In this document: piece by piece, positions 35,201 to 47,032 of the stretch
How the letters are laid out: every line of letters starts with the position of its first letter
Position numbering within the stretch: position 1 is the first letter of the stretch
DNA from: Geosiphon pyriformis uo1
Lineage: Eukaryota > Fungi > Glomeromycota
Assembly (NCBI GenBank): GCA_016748015.1
Contig: JAAOMT010000439.1
Coordinates: forward strand, 331,527 to 395,526
DNA: 64,000 bases
Direction of reading: 5' to 3'
Position numbers and translations under genes: made by a program
Notes under the pieces: model-generated
Told to the model about the DNA's origin: nothing
Databases searched by the model: none
Seen by the model: only the letters and a program-made list of their open reading frames with translations

Positions 35201-38067
35201 GACACAGAAAATGGGACAAGGAACCATGCCTTGCTTGTGGAGAACCATTACCAAGAGGGTGCGACTGGAACGACTTACCAGGCAGAGGAGGAACATGTGA
35301 CGCAATTTGCCAATACACAATCCTCATCTGTGACTGGGTAAGAGGAGGAACGCCGTTCGAAGCAGTGTTCAACAGAGCGTTAAAAAAACTACAGCACTAC
35401 CCACATGACGAGAACAAGTTGTACAACACCACACAAGCCAAAGTAAGAGAAGGAACCACCAAAGAAATATGACATTGGAAAGAGTCAGCCAAAGTAGCCG
35501 ACGAAGTCGCCAACTACAACATGTTTGACCCAGTGGACAAATTTCAGGACTACTACCAACAACTATGCCTCACTCGACAAGAGCAAGAACAATACCTCAC
35601 CCAAATCAACACTTACCTCTGTGAAAACTGTCTCATCCCGTGCCAAAATCAGTGTTGTGAAGAGTATCAAGATGAAAGAGACTTAAAAAGAAAAATGGAA
35701 ATTGAGAATCAGCAGTCTCAAAATCAATCAATAAATCAACAAGACTCACCTGATGGTCCTGAGTCAGAAAAATTTGTAGCCTATACTGACCTAGAACAGG
35801 TGACCAACATCCGATACTTTGACAATGGGCACTTAGGAATAATACCCGAAAGAGCCCATCTAACTAATGCCGGATTCGATCTACGTTATCCAGAAGACCA
35901 ATCCACAACATTACCACTCAGGAGCATCACCAAAATTGACCTAAAAATAGCAGTTGAAATTTTACCAGGAATAATGGTTCAAATGGTGTCATGATCAAGC
36001 TTTGCGAAAAAAGGAATAAGCGTTCAAGGAGGAGTAATTGACTCTGGATACACTGGAAATTTGATGGTTTTGCTATAAAACAATTCAGAAAAACCTTATA
36101 CCATTGAATCTAAGGAAAAGATTGCACAAGCAATTTTCCTACCATTGGTAAAAATTGGGAAATTTGTGCCAGTGGAAAATCGTGAGGAATTGTCACAAAC
36201 AACGAGAAGAACTTTTGGTTTCAGATTGACAGGAAAAGGAATTGAAGCGAATTTCGCTGAAACAATAGAGGAAAAAGGTGAAGTAATTAAAAATGAGTGG
36301 TCCATCACGCTCCTACTATATGGAAAATCAGAAATAAGAATAAAAAGGACAATTAAAGAAAAAGACCTAATATTTGAGCCCTATCCAGAAACTTGCCAAC
36401 AGTTTCTCATAGGACTTACTAACCTTTTTATTCCAGCTAATAAAGCTCAGTGGATAAAAATTCCTATCGCAAACACCACAGAAGAACCCATCTACATTCT
36501 GGAAGATACCATCATTGGATACCTCAGAACGGAGCTAGAAAATGCGTCAACACTACAAGAAATTCTAAATTTCCCAGAAATCGCCCTCTACTGTGAACTC
36601 ACTTCAATAAATTGGCAACAACCGTTAGAATGCTATCAATTTACACCAGAAGAATTGGCCAAATTAAACATTGGAACAATGGATCCTGACCAACAGCGAC
36701 AATTAAAAGCATTAATTTTAAAATACTCTGATATATTTTCAAAAAATGGCGAATTTGGAAGAACCAACTTGGTTCAACACCAAATCCCCACTGGAAACGC
36801 CAGACCTGAAAAACAATGCACTTACCGTGTCCCACCAATGGAACATAATTTTATCAGAGAAGAAGTCCAAAGCATGTTGAAAAAAGGAATAATACAACCA
36901 TCAATGAGTCCATGGTTCTCACCAGTTGTTTTAGTAAGGAAAAAGAACGGAAAAATTAGATTTTGCGTCGACTATCGCAAACTAAACAGCAAAACAACCA
37001 AAGATTCATACCCAATACTGTTAATTGACGAAATCTTCGACGTTTTTGGAGGAGCAAAATGGTTTTCTATACTGGACTTGACCAGTGGGTACTGGCAAGT
37101 GGAAATGGACCCAAAGGACAGACATAAAACAGCATTCACAACACAAAATAGCAATTATGAGTTCAATGTAATGCCATTTGGATTAACAAACGCTCCTGTG
37201 ACATTCCAAAAACTAATGGACATAATTTACTCCAGAATCCTGTGGCAATCTGTTGTTGTCTACTTGGATGATACAAATGTTTTCTTGTCAAAATTCATGA
37301 ATCATCTCCAACATTTACAACAAGTTTTTGAGAGATTGAGACATGCTGGACTTAAACTAAATCTAGAAAAATGTTTCTTTGGGAAAAATGAGCTAGTATT
37401 TTTAAGACACGTAGTTGGAAAAGATAGAATAAAACCAGATCCATCAAAAATAGACAAAGTGAAAAATTTTCCAGTACCTTGAAACGTTTTAGAAGTTAGA
37501 AGCTTTTTAGGACTCGCATCTTACTACCGCTGCTTTGTAGAAAACTTTTCAAACATTGCCAAACTCCTTAATTACCTACTATCTAAAAATGTGAAGTTTG
37601 AATGGACTGAAGCACAACAAAAAGCTTTTGAGTACCTTAGACAAAAGCTCATTGAATCACCAATAATGATCTATCTGAATTTCAACAAGAAATTCATTTT
37701 GGCCACAGATGCCTCTGGAACTGGACTTGGAGCCATTCTGTCACAAAAAGATGATAATGGAAGAGAACGTGTAATTGCTTATGCCAGCAAAAGTCTCAGT
37801 ATGGCAGAACAAAACTACGCAGCATATGAACTTGAATGCTTAGCAGTAGTCTGGAGTTGTGTTCACTTTGACACATATTTACGGTACCAACCCTTTGAGA
37901 TTACGACAGATCATAGAGGTCTGGTCTGGTTAAATAACAAGAAAGCGCTAAAAGGAAAATATGCCAGATGGTCACAAATGTTAGCACCATACAATTATAT
38001 TATCAAATACAAAGAAGGTACCAAAAATGTTAATGCTGACTGTTTGTTAAGAATGAGACACACATAA
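32290..38067 (+). pseudogene. Element B single-frame polyprotein: N-terminal domain - Gag(CA, CCHC) - protease - Cys-rich domain - dUTPase - RT - RNase H
   Basis: ORF fragments starting at 32359, 34216, 35101, 35521, 36145 and 37591 are all in one frame and are separated only by point stops. CA: W..E......NNW.D...FLKGTADSWY. PR: LILDSRSAGS. RT: RFCVDYRKLN, LDLTSGYWQV, MPFGLTNAP, YLDD. RH: TDASGTGLGA, ELECLAVVW, TDH, NADCL. Confidence 0.93.
35836..36236 (+). other. dUTPase domain within the element B polyprotein
   Basis: All five trimeric dUTPase motifs are recognisable: AGFDL, (R>*)SSFA, GVIDSGYTG, KIAQ and RRTFGFRLTG (from RGxxGFGSTG). Confidence 0.92.
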
Positions 38068-38096
38068 AAATCACCAACCCACCCGCCACAACAACA

Positions 38097-39369
38097 ATGA
38101 ACAACCACCTTTACAAAAACCTCAGCCAATACTTGGAAACACTACAAATAGATGAAGAAATGCCAGTAAAAGAGCTAATTAAGCTCCAAAAATTAGCAAA
38201 ATACTATTTCATCTAAAATCACATACTTTATTACCAGAATCGACAAAATCCAGATAATCCATTAAGAGTTATAACCATGGATGAAAAAGAAACTATTTTA
38301 TTTAACATGCACTCAGATATTCATTCAGGCCACTTTGGAAAAACAGCAACCATTCAACGTGCAACTAGCCATTACTATTGGCCAAAAATGAGTTCAGACA
38401 TAATCCAATACATAAGAAATTGTGACCCATGCCAATAAAGAGGAAGAGCAAAAACAACGGAATTATTAAGACCAATAAAAGTTGAACAGCCATTTGACAG
38501 AATCGGAATTGATTTAGTTGGACCTTTACCAATAACAACAAGAAACAACCGTTATATTGCAGTAGCCATGGACTATCTCACCAAATGGCCAGAAGCTAGA
38601 GCTATTAAAACAGCTGATGCTATTTCCGTAGCTCAATTCGTACATGAAGACTTAATTTGCTGACATGGATGTCCACAAGAATTGTTATCAGATCAAGGCA
38701 CACACTTCGTAAACAGCACCTTAAAAGAACTTAGCCAAAAATTTGGAATCAAGCGACCACTGTTATCACTATACCACCCTCAAACAAATGGATTAGTTGA
38801 AAGATTTAATCGCACATTATGCAAATCACTGGTGAAAATTAGTAACGAACATGAAAAAGAATGGGATTTGTTCATACCAGCAGTACTACTAGTATATAGA
38901 ACAGTAAAACAAGATATTACACAATTCACACCATTTGAACTAGTTTATGGAAGAAAAGCCACATTATCCGTTGAACTTACTATCTCAACTTATCCAAGTG
39001 ACACTATTACGGAAGCAACATTCCAGGAAACACTACTTAGAAGAACATACAAATTAATAGGAACTTTAGAAAACAAAAGAAAAAAAGCAGCACAAAATAT
39101 TGAACAATCACAAGAACAACAAAAAGTGAGACATGATAACCAGTTACCAGATAATATAATTAGCTACAAAATTGGAGATAAAGTATTGTTGCATCGTACA
39201 AAAATGGAAAAACAGTGGAGTAAAAAATTTGATCACAAGTGGAATGGACCATTTTATATTCACAAAATACTTGGAAATGGAGCATACAAGCTAAGACTAG
39301 ATGATAAAATATTAAGAAAAGCAGCACATAGTAACTGGCTGAAATTCTATTACAGTAAACCAGTAATAA
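38097..39369 (+). pseudogene. Element B integrase (own ATG, different frame from RT-RH); runs into an N gap
   Basis: MNNHLYKNLSQYLE..., MHSDIHSGHFG...YYW...CDPCQ, IGIDLVGPLP, DYLTKWPEA, LSDQGTHF, YHPQTNGLVERFNRTL and GPY/F motif WNGPFYI. Confidence 0.92.
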
Positions 39370-39643
39370 NNNNNNNNNNNNNNNNNNNNNNNNNNNNNNN
39401 NNNNNNNNNNNNNNNNNNNNNNNNNNNNNNNNNNNNNNNNNNNNNNNNNNNNNNNNNNNNNNNNNNNNNNNNNNNNNNNNNNNNNNNNNNNNNNNNNNNN
39501 NNNNNNNNNNNNNNNNNNNNNNNNNNNNNNNNNNNNNNNNNNNNNNNNNNNNNNNNNNNNNNNNNNNNNNNNNNNNNNNNNNNNNNNNNNNNNNNNNNNN
39601 NNNNNNNNNNNNNNNNNNNNNNNNNNNNNNNNNNNNNNNNNNN
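39370..39643. other. Assembly gap (N run)
   Basis: 274 Ns hide the integrase end and ORF3 start of element B. Confidence 1.
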
Positions 39644-39916
39644 ACAACTATCCAACTATTAGAACCTTTCATTGGAAAAACCAACACTATATTCCATTCA
39701 AAAACAGTTTACAGAATTTTCAAAGCATTTGAAAACTGTTACAAATTATTGTTGGACCCAACCATAAACATAATAACAACCAACAGTATTACACGTCTTA
39801 CCAACTCGCAATTTCAAGAATTACAACAACAAATTAATAACATAGTATTGAACCACTATAGTAACTTAAAATTTAATGAAGAAATTAACTTCGATTTCGA
39901 CGGAGCTCAATCTTGA
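39644..39916 (+). CDS. Element B ORF3, C-terminal 90 codons (5' part lost in the gap)
   Basis: Open frame TTIQLLEPFIGKTNTIFHSKTVYRIFKAFENCYKLLLDPTINIITTNSITRLTNSQFQELQQQINNIVLNHYSNLKFNEEINFDFDGAQS*. The stop abuts the PPT. Confidence 0.72.
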   Translation, partial: TTIQLLEPFIGKTNTIFHSKTVYRIFKAFENCYKLLLDPTINIITTNSITRLTNSQFQELQQQINNIVLNHYSNLKFNEEINFDFDGAQS

Positions 39917-39929
39917 AAGGAAGGGATAA
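39915..39929 (+). promoter_or_regulatory. Polypurine tract of element B
   Basis: GAAAGGAAGGGATAA immediately before the 3' LTR TGTTACA. Confidence 0.85.
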
Positions 39930-40796
39930 TGTTACAGTTTAAGAATTTAGCAAAAAGAATCATAAAAATAATACAAACTATTCAATCATAATATAGCACA
40001 GTAATAATCTTAGAAAGGTAATGATTAACATAGTAGCAAACACCATCTCGCGATAGTGACAAGTACCAGTTCACAATAGCAGCCAACACCAACTGGTGAT
40101 AGCAGCAAACACCAGGTTGAAATATCAAAAAAAAAGTATTTTCTCGTAGAACTACAAACATGTATATATACAGTAGTTTTAATATTGGGAAATAATCAAT
40201 CAAGTAATAAAAATCATAACTTATCAAGCAACAGATCCAATTTTATCCAACAAACTTCACTTTAAATCATACTTTCAAATTAAATATCCCAAGAAACCTT
40301 TAAAAATCAAAAAGAAATGAAAAAGAATATTTAAAACGGAACTATCACAATCCAAAGTATTAAGAAACTTACTTGTATTATTTATTGAATGAAACTATCA
40401 TTCATCAACTGAATCCCTTGGAAGAATAATCCTTGATCAAGATTATTCACGTTGTTACTAATTAATAAAAGCTTTATTGTGAGAATTAGAAAAACGCTAA
40501 AGACCATTAACATTCTGTGTTTCTAGATTAGAGAAACACATCAGGCAATTGCAAAAATAGCCTTAGAGAAGACCCCAGACAGTGGGTAGATTTCAGTTCA
40601 GCCTCTGAAAAGGAGTACATAAACACACACAACAATCAAGAATTAAAGAATAACTTACATCACAACAGTAAAAAAAAAGCCTTCAGTGTAACAGTGACAT
40701 TATCACACAAATAGAATTGAGGAACTCATGAAAGACTGATTGCAATTAAAGTGGGATATCTGCAATTAAATATAACAAAAAAACCATCCTGTAACA
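39930..40796 (+). repeat. 3' LTR of element B (867 bp)
   Basis: TGTTACA...TGTAACA termini. Direct repeat of 31674-32276. Confidence 0.95.
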
Positions 40797-43700
40797 GCAT
40801 TTTTGTTTTGTTCTCTTTTTTTGTAATGCACTATATAATTAAATAGTGACAGTTCTATTTTCCATTTAACATGACAATTATCTGCAAATTTTTGTTTTTG
40901 AATTGAAATCAATTCTTTATGATCTATGTACACATCAAATTTTTGACTCAAGTATTCTTTTCATTTCATAACTGCTCAATAGATTACTAAGTGTTCTAAT
41001 GCTAGTGTTCCATAGTTCTTTTCTGCTGGACTTAAGCTTCTACTGGCATAAGCTATTGAATGTTTTCTTCTATTTGGTCTTTTCTGTAATAGTACTGCTC
41101 CCAATGCTTGGTCTGATGCATTAGCAGTAATAATAAATAGTTTGCTGTGATTTGGATACATTAATACTAGAGCTTGAATAAACTTTCTTCTCAGTATGTC
41201 GAATGCTTCTTGTTGAGCTTCTGTCTATTTATACTTTATATTCTTAGTTTGTAAATGATGGAATGGCTGAGCCAGTTTAGAAAAATCCTTGATAAAATGA
41301 CAATAATAGTCTGCAAATCCCAAAAATGCTCTTAGTTCTGTCAAATTGGTTGGCACTAGAAAGTTTTTGACTATTGCAATCTTATCCAAATCTGTTTTGA
41401 TACTGTTTTTGCTTACAATATGTCCCAAAAACTTGAGCTCCATTTTGCCAAAGAAGCATTTGTTGGCATTTAGTTTCAATCCTACTTGTCTGAGTCTTTC
41501 AAATACTTGTTGGAAATGATACAGATAATCATCAAATGTTTTTGAGAACATATTGGTGTCATCCAAGTATATGACTACTGATTTCTATAGTAGTCCAATA
41601 TAGACAATTTTCATAAGTCTCTGGAAGATAGTTGGAACATTCATCAAGCCAAATGACATAACTTCAAATTCAAAGTTTTCTTCTCAAGTTGTAAAAGCCG
41701 TTTTCTTTTTGTCTTCTGGTTTTATGGCTACTTACCAGTAACCACTGTCTAAATCTAACATTGAAAACCATTTCTTTCCTTTAAAAACATTGAAAAGTTC
41801 TTGGATCTTTGGAGTTGGGTAGCTGTCTCCTTTTGTTACTTCATTTAGTTTCCAGTAATCTACACAAAAGTGGATTTTTCTATTCTTCTTATGGATTAGT
41901 ACCACTGATGATAACCATGAGCTCATTGATGGCTAAATTAGCCTATTGTCAAGCATCCAGTTGATTTTTTGACAAATGATCTCATGGCTAGCTAGTGGTA
42001 CTCTGTATGCTCTTTGCTTAATTGGCATTACATCTCCAGTTTTTATCTGATATTAAATAATGTCTGTTCTGCCAAATTTGTTTTCACTGAGAAAAATGTC
42101 ATTGAAATTGTTGAGTAACATCTTGAGTTGCATCTGTTGAAGTGAATTTAAGTTTCCTATGTTTATTTATTCTAATTGTTCTAGTTGGAGCAAATAATAT
42201 TTACTTCGTCCATAAATTGTTTGTGATGTGATTTCAACATATCCACAAAGCTATGGAAAGTCTGGAATAGAGTTTGGTGGTTGGTCTTCTACTTCTGTGC
42301 TTAGATATTTGATGATGGTTCCTTCTGGTATTTCTACAATATTTCTTGTGTTGTTATAGATAGGAATTTTGATGTAATTATGGTTCTTGGCAGGTATGTA
42401 GAGATTAATGAGTTCAATCTTTTCTGATTTACAAATAATTAATTTGGCTTCAAAAATCTGTGCTTGATCTTTCACTTTTTTATCTATAGTGTACATATAC
42501 TGATCATATGATAGAATAGAAATTAGTTGATGGATTGAAATAATTTCTTCTTTGTCAACAATTTTTTTTTCTGCCATATTAACTGGTACATCTATTCTAT
42601 TTGTTGATCCAAATTTCTGTATCTTTCTTGCTGTTATCTCTAGTTCTTTCCTATTTTCTACTAACACTAACTGAGTTATTTTCACCAAAGGTAAAAATAT
42701 AGTCTGTGCTATCTTTTCATTTGGCTCTATGATATAGGCCTTTTCCAAATTATTTTGTAGCATTGCAATAATATTTTCTATATATTCTGTGTCAATTATT
42801 CCTCTTCTGATGTTGATTCTTTTTTTTACTAAACTACTCTTAGATACTAGTTAAATCATGATTGTTGCTAAGATTTTTAGTGTGATTTTGAGATCAATAC
42901 AAGTGCATAAATGGGGTTCCAGTTTGATGGTGTCTTTTCTTAGATATCTCAGATCAAACCTTGCATTGGTATTGTGTGCATGTTTTGGCATGATACTTTC
43001 ATTATTATCACTAAACCATTTAAGTTCTTGCTTCTTAAAAAGATCAAGAAGCACAATATATGTTTTGGGGTTTGAATCGAAGTCCAAATTGTTATTAATT
43101 TTGTTATCATATTGAGTAGAACTGAAACCATTGTTTTTGTTATTGTTATTGTCTAAGTTTGAATTGGAATCAAAATCTGATTTTGATTCTGATATGCAGC
43201 TGCTAATTGGTTCTTCCTTTTTTGGAATTATGTAAATCATATGTGTTGGTAGATTGTAAATGAGGTTACACTCATTACAATATTGAAAGTTATATGGAAT
43301 TAAACAATGGTCACATAATCAAGTGTTGATTTTTTCAAAGCATTACTTTTGCTCTTCTCTTGTAGATGTTAGCTTTTAGTAGTGTTTATAGAATTGTTCT
43401 GGATTTAAGAGGTTTATGACTGGTTCTGGGTCCTAGTCGAGTTCTATGGTTTCTGGTAAATTATTTTTGATTGTCCTTATTTCTTTTGGTGACACTTCTT
43501 CGATTTTGGTGAAAGCCATTTGCCAAATTTCATTGTCATTATGTGGACAACCATCCAAGCATTTGACTGCTCATCTTTAGGCAGCATCTATAGACATTCT
43601 TTTTTTTTTCCAGTTACTTATGAGAATCATGTACTAACATAATTTATTGCATGTTCCTCCTCTTCCAAGAATGTTATTCCACATTTCTTCATTGAGAAGA

Positions 43701-46700
43701 GTTTCTCCACAAGTTAAGTATGGCTCATTATCTTATTTTTCTACTTGTTTTGGTCTGCCAAAGTGCTCAACAAGACATGAGCAGCAATAGAACTTAGTTG
43801 CTATCTGGTATTCCTCATTGTTATCACAGCATGCACCCATTGATGATAATTTCTTGTCACAATCAATACACTCTAGTTTTGATCAACAATAATTAAACAA
43901 TTGTGGTTGAGTGTAAATATATAGATGGTAAGTGGTAGTTGGTATTAGATTTTCTTCTTTTTTTTTTTTTTCCTTATAATTGTTTTCTTTCTACTTCCAA
44001 GTTGTTGTCAGTTCATCCTGATTATTGTTGGTTTTCCAGGCTTGGTCAGCATTCCAGGTAAGTTTTTCCCTTTGTTTTTCTTTTCTATTGTCATCCCAAG
44101 AAAGTATTGGTAGTAGCTCATTGTGGTTTTTGTTAGCCCAGAATACTTGATAGGCTTTCCAGGTAGGTTTTTTTTTTTTTTTCTCAAATTTAATAAGTGG
44201 AGCTAATGGTGTAATAATGGATTTGAAGTGTCTACATGTGGCAGGTACCCACATGTATCGACTGTTTTGGCTAAGCTGTAGTTCCTGCATGTTCCAGTCA
44301 AGCATGGCATTTGTTTTAATTAGCCAGTCATTACCAACTAGTGCTTGATACTGTGTAGCCTCCATTACCAAAACTTTGATTGGAGTAATAATACCATTTA
44401 TTTCAATGAAAAAATTATCAATCTTACTAATAGAAGTCTTGGTTGCTCTATCAGCCATTATTATTCTGGCATTAGTAGCATGATCAACTTGGTGACCTAA
44501 TTGGTCCATAAGTTGTTGTGTGATAATGCTGCCTGCTAACCCACTATTAAAAATAAATTTGATAGTATGGCCATCCACTTTGGCATTAGTGTACATGGTG
44601 GTGATTGATTTTTCCTTGAGTGTGGTTCTACTGAATAAAGGAGTTGTTAATGGTTTTTCACTTTCAAAGAAAAATATAACTGCGAGTAACTTGTCTTCCA
44701 TGATGGTAGTTAATGATATGTTGCTGGTAAGTGATTTCTAATTTGTTTTTAAGTTGTTGGATAAGATGTCTTCTGGGATAACTAGGAGACTTAAATAGTT
44801 CTAAGAATTTGGGTTTTGAGTATACCCAGTTCCTAAACTCTACTGTTGTGATCCTGATGACTGGTTGGGTAAACTGGAAATCAGTTGGTAAACAACTATT
44901 GCCAATCTCCAGTTTTGGGTAATTTTTAATCTGGGATTTCTGGATGTCATCTGAGCTGGGTTTAATGGCAGTATTGGAATTGGTGGTTATTGATATATTA
45001 CTTGTGGCTGTGGTTAATAAATAACTGATGCTGCCAGTTAATAAAATGGAGCTTGATATACCAGTGGTTAATAAATTGATGGCTGCATCACTAGTAGATA
45101 ATTCAATTAATATATTTCTGGATTGGGTTGATATCTCAGAGTTTGAAACTAGTGATTGGGTTTTGATATTGATTTCCTGATCATTGGTTTTTTATTCTTA
45201 ATCTGCAATCAATTCTCAAATGTTTTTGTTTATCACAGTAGTGGCAAACACGCATCTTTTGTAGCCACTGTTGATTGGTGAATAATGATGGATGCGATTG
45301 ATTTTGGGAATGATTCACATTTTCTTGATTATTGCGTTGTTGTGGAGATTAATAAACTGCTTAATTGTTAGCTAAATATCCCTCTAATTTTTGGTTGATG
45401 AAATTATTGAATTGTTTCAACTTAGGATCCAATTCAGATGATCTGTTCATTACTAGATAAATAACTTAAGCGTAGTTAGCTTCAAGTTTAACTGCTTCAA
45501 AATCTCTGGCATTTGTAATGGTGGCTTGAAGATCTGCAGAATGCATTGGGCATACATGCTGGAGGATACTACTGTATAGACCTCTAATGAATTGATTTAG
45601 AATTTGTGGTGCTGTAAAATAATCAGTCTGAATTGCCTGAATTTGGTGCAGATTCCTATGGAAGCATCCTAGGTAAGTGGTAACTGCTTCATTTTCTCCT
45701 TGCTTGATAGTGGTAAAGGTGTTTGCTAAACAATTAATACTATTATTGTTACTGAAGTATTGTAAAAATGCAAGCTTGAATGCATTGAAATCCTGAGGTT
45801 TTTTGGCTAGGCTTTGATATCATGAGTCAGCAGTATCTTGGAGAAAATAGGAGATGGCTTGCATGGCTCTGACATCATCCCATCTGTTGGTTGTGATGGC
45901 TTTTTCCATATCATTTAGTCACACTTGGGCATCGTCCTCTTTGCCAGTGAATTTTTCAAGTTTTACAATTGGTGTGTATGCCATTTGTGATTGTTGTGAT
46001 AGTGGTAGTTGAAGTTGTTATTGCAGCTGTTGAGACAGTTGTTGTAGTTGCTGCAGTGGTACTGGCAGCAGTTGGATTTACTGATTCAGTTGTTGTAATG
46101 ACTGACCAATTAGTTCAACTGGTTAATTAATTATGATTTTTGAAAGTATGTGCTATTGATTAATTAAATCGGAATTTTGATTGTTCTGATTTGACAGTGT
46201 TTGAATATTCAGAGTTCCAATTTCTGGATGTTCTAAATTTGGATTTTTCAGAGTTTGAACATTCGGGGTTTCAACTTCCGGGTTTTCTGGGATCAAGTTT
46301 TGGTAAGTAAATTCCTGATCCTCTTCTTCTTCTTCTGATTTTGTTACTTTCACAGATCAAAAATTCCAAAATTGGGTTGAGATGACAGTGATTGATATCT
46401 TGATGGCATTGGTAATTGCAATTTAAATTCTTTAAAATATTTGCTATATGGTCCTAACAATTCTGCTCTTCTTTGTTTGCTTTGGAATGAGAATCATCTA
46501 AAGATTGATGTCATATTTGATGTGAATATGTCTGCTGATGAAATATTGATGGCACTTCCTGGTGTATAATGGTATAATGAATTGGTTGGTGATTCAATTC
46601 TGGTTTTCTTTCAAGTGGGTGGTTGTATTTGTTTTGGTGTTACTGTTGGTGTTTGCAATCTTTCTTTGCCTTTGTCTGCATAAGTGATAGGGAATTGTTG

Positions 46701-47030
46701 TTGTGTGTACTTTTCAATGGTTTGATTGATTTCTCTGATAATTGGTGTGAAACTGTAGTTTCTTGGTAAGCTGGTATGTTGAAATAATTCTGTATAGAAA
46801 TTTTCTTTTGTGGATTCAATGTTAACTGTTCCTTCTAAGCAGTTTGTGATTTTATCATTGACATAAAAGTTGAAGACTGATTCTACTGGAAAATGATTAT
46901 TGTTTAATCCTAATTGTTGACTGTACTGTTGAAACAAGGATTTGGCAAATTCTAAGTGGTTTGCTCCTATGATTTCTGATTCTGTCACTTTTGGATGATT
47001 GTTGTTAGTGCTGGTTCTCTGTAAGATTAT
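40797..47030 (-). pseudogene. Element A polyprotein (N-terminal domain, Gag, PR, Cys-rich, dUTPase, RT, RNase H), heavily disrupted
   Basis: CA from ATG 45984 (MAYTPIVKLEKFTG). PR FIFNSGLAGS (~44550). Cys-rich KLECIDC...GRGGTC (43250-43880). dUTPase ARFDL/KIAQ/FGST (42590-43000). RT FCVDYWKLN, LDLDSGYW, YLDD. RH ANASDQALGA. Confidence 0.9.
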
Positions 47031-47032
47031 AT

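Larger units (their letters stand above)
31674..40796 (+). mobile_element. Ty3/Gypsy LTR retrotransposon B, least decayed copy, nested in the RNase H end of A
   Basis: LTRs at 31674-32276 (gapped) and 39930-40796, both TGTTACA...TGTAACA. TSD GCAT at 31670-31673 and 40797-40800. The flanks rejoin into the sequence seen uninterrupted in element C at ~51260-51300. Confidence 0.95.

Noticed and set aside
38065-38100. AUGA overlap between an extended RNase H frame and the integrase ATG in B
   Set aside because: It would require the TAA at 38065 to be a mutated CAA, but the same TAA is present in A and C, whose spacers do not give the overlap.
39160-39687. ORFs spanning N runs (also 31769-31993)
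   Set aside because: Artefacts of translating assembly gaps.
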